A DNA stretch of 32,000 nt, taken from contig OY780959.1 in NCBI GenBank assembly GCA_963675915.1, forward strand, positions 1,710,001 to 1,742,000, read 5' to 3'. The stretch is from Coprobacillaceae bacterium (GTDB lineage Bacteria > Bacillota_I > Bacilli_A > Erysipelotrichales > Coprobacillaceae). Positions 18,703-27,020 of the stretch are shown piece by piece. A model generated the notes under the pieces. That model made no database searches. It had not been told where the DNA came from and was given only the letters and a program-made list of their open reading frames with translations. The number at the start of each line of letters is the position of its first letter. Position 1 is the stretch's first letter. The position numbers and the translations under genes are program-made.

Positions 18703-19107
18703 CTACTCTTCATTTTCCAGTTTTTTAATGTGTTTGTTGAGATATTCGACGTCTTCCTGCAGCTCTTCAATCATCGCTTTTTGTTCATTGATGATTCTTA
18801 CCAGATGCACGTTGAAAGCAGTCTGTTGGTCACTGATTGGATTAACATAGAAAAATGTCAGTTTTCTGATCACTTTTTTTAAAAAAACCGCAAGAGGGTT
18901 TCCTTCCAGTGGGAAGAATGTCTGAATATGGAATGATGAACCGATATACTCGATGCTTTCTTCATAGCTTTCCGCCACTCCGGTCGCGTGAGAACTGATC
19001 AGTTCAATATCATCAAAACTCAAATCCTCGTTTTTATATCCCTTTTCTTTGATTTCCTTACGAATTTGCCCCATTATTTCTTCAATATCAATTTTTTCAT
19101 TTTTCAT
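18703..19107 (-). CDS. Hypothetical 134-aa cytoplasmic protein with a C-terminal coiled coil
   Basis: A strong GGAGA RBS lies 9 nt upstream of the ATG at 19107. There are no TM segments. The C-terminus IINEQKAMIEELQEDVEYLNKHIKKLENEE is heptad-like. The gene sits between wzt and a GT4 gene. Confidence 0.6.
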   Translation of the reverse strand: MKNEKIDIEEIMGQIRKEIKEKGYKNEDLSFDDIELISSHATGVAESYEESIEYIGSSFHIQTFFPLEGNPLAVFLKKVIRKLTFFYVNPISDQQTAFNVHLVRIINEQKAMIEELQEDVEYLNKHIKKLENEE

Positions 19108-19192
19108 AATACTAATCTCCGTATATTATATTTATTGGTTCAAACTGATAATCCTTACAGTCCTAGCCAGTCAAAACAACACGACTTGAAAA

Positions 19193-20452
19193 CTACAGTT
19201 CCCAATCATGTTCAAGGTGGGCCACACCAACGTCGTTAAGACGTGAAAATACATTGAAATTAATGGCATTTTTGTAGAAATCCACTGGAATTCCACTGTC
19301 ACACTCAATTGAAACATCAAGAACATAACTTCCCGCCAGAAGTTCAAGATTATCCAAAACAATCTTGAATGTTCCCGAAGTTTCAATCTTTTCGATATCG
19401 ATATTGTCGATGCGGGTGTTGGTACCATAAATATGGACTCCATCCGCTCTAAAAATTCCGATTCCAAAAATCACATCTTCAATTTTTTTCTTAGGTTCAT
19501 AGTCAACCTCGATTACTACCCGGTCCCCGGTATTGAATGATGTGTTAAGTTTCCCACGCTTGTCAATCATTCTTACTTCGGTTACCTTGGCATTGCCATT
19601 ACCCCAACGGGTTTTGGATTTTTTCGGATTATCTTCATTTTCAACCGATTCTTCTCGCTTGTTGGCTTCCTTCTCTTTTTGACGCAATGCCTCTTTTTCG
19701 GCAATGATACTGCGCTGTTCCGCCATATAATCCAGATACTGAGGGTGCACATCACGCGGTTTCCCTTCAGCCTCGATCTTACCTTCATGAATCCAGATTG
19801 ATCTCTCGCAGATCTGTTCAATCTGACCGAGTGAATGGGACACGATTACGATAGTTGTCCCATTGGATTTGATGTCTTTTAGTTTATTGAAACATTTGGT
19901 CTGGAATCCGGCATCACCTACTGCCAGAATTTCATCAATCAGCAGGATATCGGCATCAACATTGATGGCAACCGAAAAAGCTAGCCTCATGTACATTCCC
20001 GATGAATACGTTCTGACCGGATTGTCGATAAAATCTTCCAATTCCGAAAACGCGATAATATCATCCAGTCTGGCTTCGATTTCTTTACGGGTCAGACCGA
20101 AGATTGCCGCATTGGTATAGATGTTCTCCCTACCAGTCATGTCCTTATGGAACCCGGCTCCCAGTTCAATCAGGCTGGATACCCGACCTGCCATTTCAAT
20201 TGTTCCACTGTCCGGATAGATTATTTTTGACAACAGTTTCAAAGTTGTACTTTTTCCACAGCCGTTATGCCCAACCAGTCCAATCGCTTCTCCTTTTTTT
20301 ACCGAGAAACTAATATCATTGATGACCCAGCGGTTTTCATGGGCATTTCTTTCCTTGAACAGTAATCTTTCTTTAAAACTGTTTCCTTTATCATAAAAAA
20401 CCTTAAACTTTTTAGTAAGATTTTTAACTTCGATTGCGTTGTTTCGCTCCAT
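19193..20452 (-). CDS. wzt: Glycan-export ABC transporter ATP-binding protein with a C-terminal carbohydrate-binding extension (Wzt/TagH type)
   Basis: 419-aa ORF. Motifs: Walker A GHNGCGKST, signature YSSGMYMRLAF, Walker B ILLIDEILAVGD, H-loop IVSHS. A Lys/Glu-rich linker follows. The last ~140 aa form a beta-rich module (VTEVRMIDKRG...GDRVVIEVDY...IFGIGIFRADGVHIYGTNT...LLAGSYVLDVSIE) typical of Wzt C-terminal domains. Confidence 0.88.
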   Translation of the reverse strand: MERNNAIEVKNLTKKFKVFYDKGNSFKERLLFKERNAHENRWVINDISFSVKKGEAIGLVGHNGCGKSTTLKLLSKIIYPDSGTIEMAGRVSSLIELGAGFHKDMTGRENIYTNAAIFGLTRKEIEARLDDIIAFSELEDFIDNPVRTYSSGMYMRLAFSVAINVDADILLIDEILAVGDAGFQTKCFNKLKDIKSNGTTIVIVSHSLGQIEQICERSIWIHEGKIEAEGKPRDVHPQYLDYMAEQRSIIAEKEALRQKEKEANKREESVENEDNPKKSKTRWGNGNAKVTEVRMIDKRGKLNTSFNTGDRVVIEVDYEPKKKIEDVIFGIGIFRADGVHIYGTNTRIDNIDIEKIETSGTFKIVLDNLELLAGSYVLDVSIECDSGIPVDFYKNAINFNVFSRLNDVGVAHLEHDWEL

Positions 20453-21228
20453 TATAATTCCTCCGCAAATCCTTTTTGAAGTTTATCAAAAACAATATAT
20501 CCGATTGCCAAAAAAGCAACCCCCAGCACTGTTGCAGTAAGCAAAGTGCTCAGTTCCGGAATTTGTTTGAAGTATAAAATCTGACGATATGCTTCGATAA
20601 CTGCTTTCATTGGATTAAGATTCCAGATTGGCAACAGGGCCTCAGGAACCATATCCGAAGAATACATAACCGGTGTCAAGAATTGCCAAGCCATGGCAAT
20701 GATTCCCAGAATATACTCCAAATCACGCAAATATACCGTGCAAGCCGAAGAAATCAAAGCGATTCCCAGGGCCAGAAGATATTCAACCAGCATGATTATC
20801 GGCATGAACAGCAAAGCCACAAAATTGATTCCATAACCGGTAACCAGCAGCACCAGCAAAACGACAACAAAACTCAAGACCATGTTGACAAACGCACTGG
20901 TAACATAGGCGATTGGCAGCACTTCCCTTGGGAAATAGATCTTTTTGACCATGTCACCTGATGCCAGTACCGAAGATGATCCTCCGGTAATTGCAGCAGC
21001 GAAAAATATCCAAGGCACCAAAGCCACAAACAGGAAGACATAATAGTTTTCAATTCCCGCTCGCATGATAACCGAAAACACCATAGTATAGACGATCAAC
21101 TGCAAAAGCGGATTGACAAAAGTCCACCCAAATCCTAACACTGAACCTTTATAACGGCCGCGAAGGTCTTTTCTAACCAGGCCGTTTATCATTTCCCGAT
21201 AATTATATATTTCCTTTATTCTTTTCAT
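20452..21228 (-). CDS. wzm: ABC-2 type glycan-export permease (Wzm/TagG type)
   Basis: Start chosen at ATG 21228 (MKRIKEIYNYREM), which has a GAGGT RBS 8 nt upstream; the ATG at 21249 has no RBS. Motif: RDLRGRYKGSVLGFGWTFVNPLL. There are 6 hydrophobic segments. The stop overlaps the wzt start (TAATG). Confidence 0.85.
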   Translation of the reverse strand: MKRIKEIYNYREMINGLVRKDLRGRYKGSVLGFGWTFVNPLLQLIVYTMVFSVIMRAGIENYYVFLFVALVPWIFFAAAITGGSSSVLASGDMVKKIYFPREVLPIAYVTSAFVNMVLSFVVVLLVLLVTGYGINFVALLFMPIIMLVEYLLALGIALISSACTVYLRDLEYILGIIAMAWQFLTPVMYSSDMVPEALLPIWNLNPMKAVIEAYRQILYFKQIPELSTLLTATVLGVAFLAIGYIVFDKLQKGFAEEL

Positions 21229-22474
21229 TAAATCTAACCTCAATTTCATTTAAACGTGATTTTATTAATTTGGTCGATTGCTCCGCACCCAGTTTGACAT
21301 TGATGTAGTCGTAAGCAGCCTTTTGAAGACTTTCATAATAATCCTTGTCTTCGTAAAGTTTTCTAAGACAAGATGCCCCGTGGGACACTCTAGCTTCCGC
21401 CCAATGGTTTCCCCGGCGGTACCACAGATCATCGGTTTCAATTTCAACAATGTCGTATTCGACCATGCAGGCAACATCATTGTTCATGAACTCGGTGTTG
21501 GATGACCAGTTGGTGGCTACACAAACTGTTTTTAGTGCCATCGCCTCGGCCATCACCAGTCCGAATCCTTCCGCCCGGTGCATCGAAATAAATACATCGA
21601 CACAAGCAATCAGCGAATCGACTTCTTTTTTACTCATTCTACTTGTAACAAGGTAAATATTACCACAATCCTTGGTCAAATTCAAAAGGTATTGGAGGTC
21701 TTTCTTGCTGGGATTGTTCACTTTCAAAACCAATCCGACATCGTCATTTCCGTTCGAAAAAGCCTCAACATAGGCTTTGACGGCACCCACCGGATTTTTT
21801 CGATTTGCTGAACTGTTGACATCATACATGCATAAAACCAGGAACTTATCTTCAGGCAAATCAAAATAGCTACGGTCAAATTCAGTGTTCGAATCCACCA
21901 GAAGGTGGTAAGGAATCGTATAGACCGGCTTATCGGTCACTTTTTTGATGCTTGAAGTGACAAAATGGGAAGGCGTCCAGATTTCATCCAGTACCGGAAT
22001 CGGGAACTCCCATTCTTTCGGGAATGTTTCCAGCTCCCAAAGCCAATACGCAATATTGTAGCGTCGGTCAAAAACATCATCCGGCAAATTCATCCAAGCC
22101 AAACCAAGTTCATAGGGTTCGATATGGAACAGGTTGATGCCGTAAGGATATCCATCTCCAATTTTATGATCGAAACTGGTATCCCCTTTTGAGATATTTC
22201 CGGAAAAATCCATGTTGTAGATAGTAAAAGGAATGTCCGATTCTTCCAAGGCATTTGCCAATAAACGCATGCTTTGGCCCAGGCCTATTTCCGCCCGGAT
22301 ATTCCCAAATAAATTTATCCCAAATTCGTGCGCATTGCAATCATAATTTGTCTTAATATTCCGGACAATTTCATTGACACGTCTTTCCATCACTTTAATT
22401 TTCAAATTTCTGCGAGTTTTCTCGGGAACTACCTTTTTTAACAACTCTTTCCCGGTGTTTTTTATATTAACCAT
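21203..22474 (-). CDS. Glycosyltransferase family 4 (GT-B)
   Basis: 423-aa ORF. Motifs: N-terminal-domain GINLFGNIRAEIGLGQ and IAYWLWELETFP...DEIWTPSHF, and C-terminal HRAEGFGLVMAEAMALKTVCVAT. Confidence 0.82.
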   Translation of the reverse strand: MVNIKNTGKELLKKVVPEKTRRNLKIKVMERRVNEIVRNIKTNYDCNAHEFGINLFGNIRAEIGLGQSMRLLANALEESDIPFTIYNMDFSGNISKGDTSFDHKIGDGYPYGINLFHIEPYELGLAWMNLPDDVFDRRYNIAYWLWELETFPKEWEFPIPVLDEIWTPSHFVTSSIKKVTDKPVYTIPYHLLVDSNTEFDRSYFDLPEDKFLVLCMYDVNSSANRKNPVGAVKAYVEAFSNGNDDVGLVLKVNNPSKKDLQYLLNLTKDCGNIYLVTSRMSKKEVDSLIACVDVFISMHRAEGFGLVMAEAMALKTVCVATNWSSNTEFMNNDVACMVEYDIVEIETDDLWYRRGNHWAEARVSHGASCLRKLYEDKDYYESLQKAAYDYINVKLGAEQSTKLIKSRLNEIEVRFNEKNKGNI

Positions 22475-23564
22475 TACAATTTTCCTTTAATATAGCGTAT
22501 ATGTTTTCTGTCAGATTCTCCGAACTGAATTTTCCAAAATATTCAGCTGGATCATCGATCTTCAATTCAAATTTTTCTTCCAGCATTGTCTTTGCCAGTT
22601 CGTCGATATTATCCTGTTCATTATCGGACAACTCAAAGTAATAAGCATGATCAGCCATGATTTCTTCGAAGACATCCAGATTCGACAAGATAACCGGTTT
22701 GCGCGACAAAGTGGCTTCGATAACCGGCATCCCGAACCCTTCGGCTCTTGAAGGGAATACCAGACATGAACATTCACGGTAAAGCTTGGACCTGGTTTCA
22801 TCGTCGACATAGCCTAGATATTCAATCCGTTCATTCCCGGCCAGATGCTTTTCCAAAATTTCCCTGATTGCATCATCACGGATTTTTCCAGCGAGCTTCA
22901 ATTTTTTGGTACCACCCAAATTACAGTACTTCTGGTAGGCCCTGATCAGGATATCGACTCCCTTGCGGTATTCAAGATTTCCGATATAAAGAAAATAGTT
23001 TTCATCACTGATTTGGCTCGAATTGACCTCTTGGTCGAAAATTATATAAGAAATATAGTTTTTGACTTGGCCGGCCTTGGGAAAATATTTTTCACAATTG
23101 GTTTTCGATGACTTGGAATTGTAGAAAATCAAGTCGCTGTATCGCAGCGTTTTTTTCATAAAAAAACGGAAATACAAACGGTACACCAATCCGTATGATT
23201 CTTTCTGGTACAGCGGGAAGACATCATGAATTGTGACAATTGATTTGCATTTCGAACATTTGATTCGTCTTGGAATCAAATTGTTGATTTCCCAAAAGTA
23301 ATCAGGCTGATGTTTCCTGACCTCCTCTTGAATGAAATTGAAATATTCAAATACTTTGAAACTCTTTTTGATTTCTTTTCCGTATTCGACCACTTTGATA
23401 TCCATTCCCTGCAGTTCTTTGATTTCATTGCTCCAGGCAACATCAGTCACGAGAATCATTTCAATATCTTCAAACCTTGACAATCCCTTGATGAAATTGT
23501 ATGCATAATAGCCGACTCCGCTGGGCCTGCTGCCCAGCGTTCTAACATCTATCAATAGTTTCAT
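22467..23564 (-). CDS. Glycosyltransferase family 4 (GT-B)
   Basis: 365-aa ORF. Motif: SRAEGFGMPVIEATLSRKPVILS. It overlaps the next gene by 8 nt. Confidence 0.85.
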   Translation of the reverse strand: MKLLIDVRTLGSRPSGVGYYAYNFIKGLSRFEDIEMILVTDVAWSNEIKELQGMDIKVVEYGKEIKKSFKVFEYFNFIQEEVRKHQPDYFWEINNLIPRRIKCSKCKSIVTIHDVFPLYQKESYGLVYRLYFRFFMKKTLRYSDLIFYNSKSSKTNCEKYFPKAGQVKNYISYIIFDQEVNSSQISDENYFLYIGNLEYRKGVDILIRAYQKYCNLGGTKKLKLAGKIRDDAIREILEKHLAGNERIEYLGYVDDETRSKLYRECSCLVFPSRAEGFGMPVIEATLSRKPVILSNLDVFEEIMADHAYYFELSDNEQDNIDELAKTMLEEKFELKIDDPAEYFGKFSSENLTENIYAILKENCNG

Positions 23565-23566
23565 AA

Positions 23567-24928
23567 TTATTTCTCTGCCGTTCTTTGGTTTTCATCAATA
23601 CCTTCAGTGTTATCTCTCTGGAATAATATTCTGACTGTCATCAGGATGATTTGAATATCCAGAAACAGGGAGTAGTTTTCAATATAGGTCAAATCCAATT
23701 TAAGTTTATCATATGGTGAAGTATTGTATTTCCCATAAACTTGGGCAAAACCGGTCAATCCGGCTTTGACTTTCAACCGGAAATCGAATTCCGGGATGTT
23801 TTGTTTGTATTCCTCATGGATACATTCACGTTCAGGACGAGGACCGACAAAAGACATGTCTCCTTTAAGGACACTGAAAATTTGCGGCAGTTCATCGACA
23901 TGCAGACGACGAATCACTTTTCCAACCGGAGTAATCCGATCATCATTCTTACGGGCCAGTTGGGCCCCTTCTTTTTCCGAATCCATTTTCATCGAACGGA
24001 ATTTATACATCATGAAATTCTTATGATCGCGGGTCAGCCTTTCCTGTGAGTAGAATATCGGTCCTCCGTCATAGAGTTTGACCGCGATCGCTATCATGAT
24101 CATGAACGGTGAAGAAAGGACAATCAAAATCAAGGCCACCAAAATATCCTCAATTCGTTTGGCCCATCTTAGCGACAGCGAAATCCCATAGTTTCTAGCC
24201 AGATACAAAGGCGTGTCGAAAAGGTGAACTTTTTCAGCCGCATCCAGGATGATATCCGATATTTTCGGAGTCACATAAACCCGGATCCCTTTTTCGTAGC
24301 AGTATTTCAAAATATCATTTCTTTCCTGTGCCGGGATATCGTCGAGCACTACGGCGCTGTGTTTGTCGATCTCCATAAACAGGTGTTTGGAATAAGTTGA
24401 ATATTTGATTGAACCGGAAATTTTGAATTTATCCTCACGGGTCTTGAATTTGTTCATCAGATCAACAGGTGTGTTTTCTCCATAGATTAAAAGCAGTTCC
24501 CTAGGTGGATAGAGTGATGTGTAAACATAGCGGACGATGATGATCCAAGGTACCACCAAAGTAACCTGCAATGCCCCAACTTTATACAGCGAGGTCGGCA
24601 CTACCAACCCTCTGGCAATCAATGAAATCAGGATGAATGCCATGACGTTGGTCACGATTATGGCAATTATATGAGTGATACATAAATCGATAGTTCGTTG
24701 ATATGAAATTCGGTATCCGTTCAATGAGCGGGTGACAAAGTACATCATCAGCATATAGAACACCACCACCGCAACATCACCCATAAAGAAATAGGGGTTG
24801 TGAAGGAATGCGGAATAATGATGAAACCAGCTGTAGGCAAACGCCGTACTTTCGATTAAGGTCAAGACGATATTGGCAAACAGATTGACCAAATGTTTAT
24901 AACGATCTTTGATTTTGATATTTTTCAT
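23567..24928 (-). CDS. Polyprenyl-phosphate hexose-1-phosphate transferase (WbaP/CpsE-type large PHPT), initiating enzyme
   Basis: 453-aa ORF with 4 N-terminal TM segments plus a later one. Bacterial sugar transferase motifs: PIFYSQERLTRDHKNFMMYKFRSM, DDRITPVGKVIRRLHVDELPQIFSVLKGDMSFVGPRPE, GLTGFAQV. Confidence 0.9.
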   Translation of the reverse strand: MKNIKIKDRYKHLVNLFANIVLTLIESTAFAYSWFHHYSAFLHNPYFFMGDVAVVVFYMLMMYFVTRSLNGYRISYQRTIDLCITHIIAIIVTNVMAFILISLIARGLVVPTSLYKVGALQVTLVVPWIIIVRYVYTSLYPPRELLLIYGENTPVDLMNKFKTREDKFKISGSIKYSTYSKHLFMEIDKHSAVVLDDIPAQERNDILKYCYEKGIRVYVTPKISDIILDAAEKVHLFDTPLYLARNYGISLSLRWAKRIEDILVALILIVLSSPFMIMIAIAVKLYDGGPIFYSQERLTRDHKNFMMYKFRSMKMDSEKEGAQLARKNDDRITPVGKVIRRLHVDELPQIFSVLKGDMSFVGPRPERECIHEEYKQNIPEFDFRLKVKAGLTGFAQVYGKYNTSPYDKLKLDLTYIENYSLFLDIQIILMTVRILFQRDNTEGIDENQRTAEK

Positions 24929-24983
24929 AAATTCCTCACTTTACTAACTTGAATCTTCAAGTCAAACAGAAAACATTTTCTGT

Positions 24984-25745
24984 CTAATGATATTTTTTAA
25001 AACCGCTGATAGTGTATGAAACCATCAACAGCAGCGATTTGAATATTGAGTTGCCAAAATAACGATACACCCCAAAATTCATCTTCGCAGATTTAATCTT
25101 ATTTCGTGATTTTCCACCCGGAGCCATCCGCGAAACAAGCAAGGCTTCATTTATCCCATAGGCATATTTTTCGTTTTTTAGCAGATTGAGCCAAAGAATA
25201 TAATCTTCATGAAGATTGTCTTTGACAAATGCCGGATTGGGCAGAATGTCTTTTTCGACAATGACCGAACCACAGGGAATGACATTTGATTTCAAAAGGG
25301 TGGCAAAATCAACTTTGCTTGGTACCGGGATAATTTCTTTGATCAACGTCCCGCTTTCAGTAATCAAACATCTCGCTGCATAAACGAATCTCACTTGAGC
25401 GTTGTCGAATAGCGGCATTTGCTTTTCCAGTTTGTCCTTGCTCCAATAATCGTCTCCATCAAGAAAAGCGATATATTTTCCTTCGGCCAAACCGATTCCC
25501 AAATTTCTTGATTTTGATGCACCCAGGTTTTCCCCGTTCTCGACATACCTGATCAAAGCATCCGGATTGGCTGTAATCATCTCACGGATTACCTTACCGG
25601 TGTTGTCATTCGAATGATCATTGACCACGATAACTTCCACAATGTACTTGGATGACTGATCCAGCACACTTTTAATAGCTTTTTTAATATATTTTTCGCA
25701 ACGATAAGCTGGAATTATAACCGAAACATCAATCTTCATTTTCAC
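24984..25745 (-). CDS. Glycosyltransferase family 2
   Basis: 253-aa ORF. Motifs: VSVIIPAYRCEKYI, VNDHSNDNT, FLDGDDYW. Confidence 0.82.
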   Translation of the reverse strand: MKMKIDVSVIIPAYRCEKYIKKAIKSVLDQSSKYIVEVIVVNDHSNDNTGKVIREMITANPDALIRYVENGENLGASKSRNLGIGLAEGKYIAFLDGDDYWSKDKLEKQMPLFDNAQVRFVYAARCLITESGTLIKEIIPVPSKVDFATLLKSNVIPCGSVIVEKDILPNPAFVKDNLHEDYILWLNLLKNEKYAYGINEALLVSRMAPGGKSRNKIKSAKMNFGVYRYFGNSIFKSLLLMVSYTISGFKKYH

Positions 25746-26832
25746 CGATTATCTCCGTCAAATCAGAATCCGAGTTGGGCACAACACAAATACTGGTTTT
25801 TCCGACATTCATCTCCAATTGGCTTCCGTCCTCCCGGTAGAACTTGGTCGGACTTTTGACCCCATCACACTTCCAGGTAACCGGGATATATTCGCCATTG
25901 GTAAAATAATAGCCGCTGCCACTGCCGGTAGTATTGATGTTGAGCGTATAGTTGTCAGCCTCATAATGGCTGGCCACATATTGGATAATGACATTCTTGA
26001 AAGCCAGTTGCTGTCCATTGCTTTCATCGATATGCGCATGATTGAACTCGTATCGCTCATAAAGACCGGTTGTTGCGTTGTATTTGAAAGTTGTATCGCT
26101 GTACTTGTAGCCAGGATAGATTTCATTGGCTTTGGTCGATCCCAGATTGACCTGAGCTTCCAGATTGAATCTGAACGGACTTTGGTAATTGGCTTCCAGC
26201 TGGCTTTGATAACCTGCCTGAGCGATTCCTGCTGTCAGCATCTGGCTATTTGTATAAACATTATGAGGCGCTCTTTTGGCACTGCTTCGATAAAACGCCA
26301 CCGACTCCAAATTATGTTTGATTGGAGTGATATTGTCAATGCTGCTGCTTTTAAGATAACTCAAAGCGTATTTGGACTGACCGTAGTGGACATAGATGGC
26401 ATCGTAACTTTGCGATATATACGCAAAATAAAGTCGGCTGGATCTGATTGACCCTAACAAATCAAGGTTCGAATAGTCCTGGAATATCGCCATACATCTG
26501 GTAATCGATCCCTCTACTGGAATTTCATAGAAGATATCCGCTTGAGATATCCCAGCTTGGGGCAGAGCCTGTTCAATGTTGTTGATCATTACAGCAACCG
26601 GTCGGGTCGCTGCAACTGTTTCACTCACTTCTTCTCCGGTATAGGGACTGTAGTAGACCACCGGTTCTGGTTCCGGTTCAACCTCTTCTTGAACATCGAT
26701 CTCGCTTTGGGATTCTTCCTCATCCAGGACATCGCCTTCGTTGCCATTACCCAGGGAAACAGCCACAAAAACGGCGATTATAACCAGGAATGAAAACAGC
26801 GCAATTATCAAAGTTTTTTGTTTGCGTTTCAT
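25729..26832 (-). CDS. Exported/membrane-anchored DUF3048 (YerB-like) protein
   Basis: 367-aa ORF with a GGAGG RBS. It has an N-terminal TM/signal anchor and an acidic linker (EEESQSEIDVQEEVEPEPEP). The motif PVAVMINNIEQALPQAGISQADIFYEIPVEGSITRCMAIF is one I associate with the DUF3048 family. Confidence 0.6.
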   Translation of the reverse strand: MKRKQKTLIIALFSFLVIIAVFVAVSLGNGNEGDVLDEEESQSEIDVQEEVEPEPEPVVYYSPYTGEEVSETVAATRPVAVMINNIEQALPQAGISQADIFYEIPVEGSITRCMAIFQDYSNLDLLGSIRSSRLYFAYISQSYDAIYVHYGQSKYALSYLKSSSIDNITPIKHNLESVAFYRSSAKRAPHNVYTNSQMLTAGIAQAGYQSQLEANYQSPFRFNLEAQVNLGSTKANEIYPGYKYSDTTFKYNATTGLYERYEFNHAHIDESNGQQLAFKNVIIQYVASHYEADNYTLNINTTGSGSGYYFTNGEYIPVTWKCDGVKSPTKFYREDGSQLEMNVGKTSICVVPNSDSDLTEIIGENED

Positions 26833-26986
26833 AATAACCAGCCTCCGTTTGTCTATATTTTCAATTACTTATTTTACCATAATAACAGCGAAAATGAAAT
26901 CATTTTCTAACCCAGGTGGTACTAGCAGTAACTTTATTTACCGGCCAAAAACAGATAAATTACAGATAATTATATTTTCGTAAACA

Positions 26987-27013
26987 AAGGATGGTTAGCA
27001 GCTAACCATCCTT
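26987..27013 (-). terminator. Terminator-like hairpin after the mutase::Gmd-like fusion gene
   Basis: Perfect 11-bp stem AAGGATGGTTA-5 nt-TAACCATCCTT, 8 nt after the stop at 27021. On the minus strand it is followed by TTTGTTTAC, an imperfect T-tract. Confidence 0.5.
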
Positions 27014-27020
27014 AAATATT

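Noticed and set aside
17609-19107. Idea that the 134-aa ORF and the following GT4 are one gene broken by a stop
   Set aside because: The two ORFs are in different frames and each has its own good RBS (GGAGA and AGGTG). A simple nonsense mutation cannot explain the layout.
24929-24983. Small AT-rich hairpins (ACAGAAA-acat-TTTCTGT, CTTGAA-tc-TTCAAG) between the GT2 and PHPT genes, considered as a terminator
   Set aside because: The stems are short and AT-rich with no following T-tract on the coding strand. The genes are only 55 nt apart within an obvious operon.
25819-26451. 210-aa plus-strand ORF, plus similar 176-aa ORFs at 3012..3542 and 18020..18550
   Set aside because: All are antisense to strongly supported genes (DUF3048, LtaS-like, GT4). 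They lack RBSs and recognisable motifs. Long shadow ORFs are expected opposite AT-rich coding sequence.
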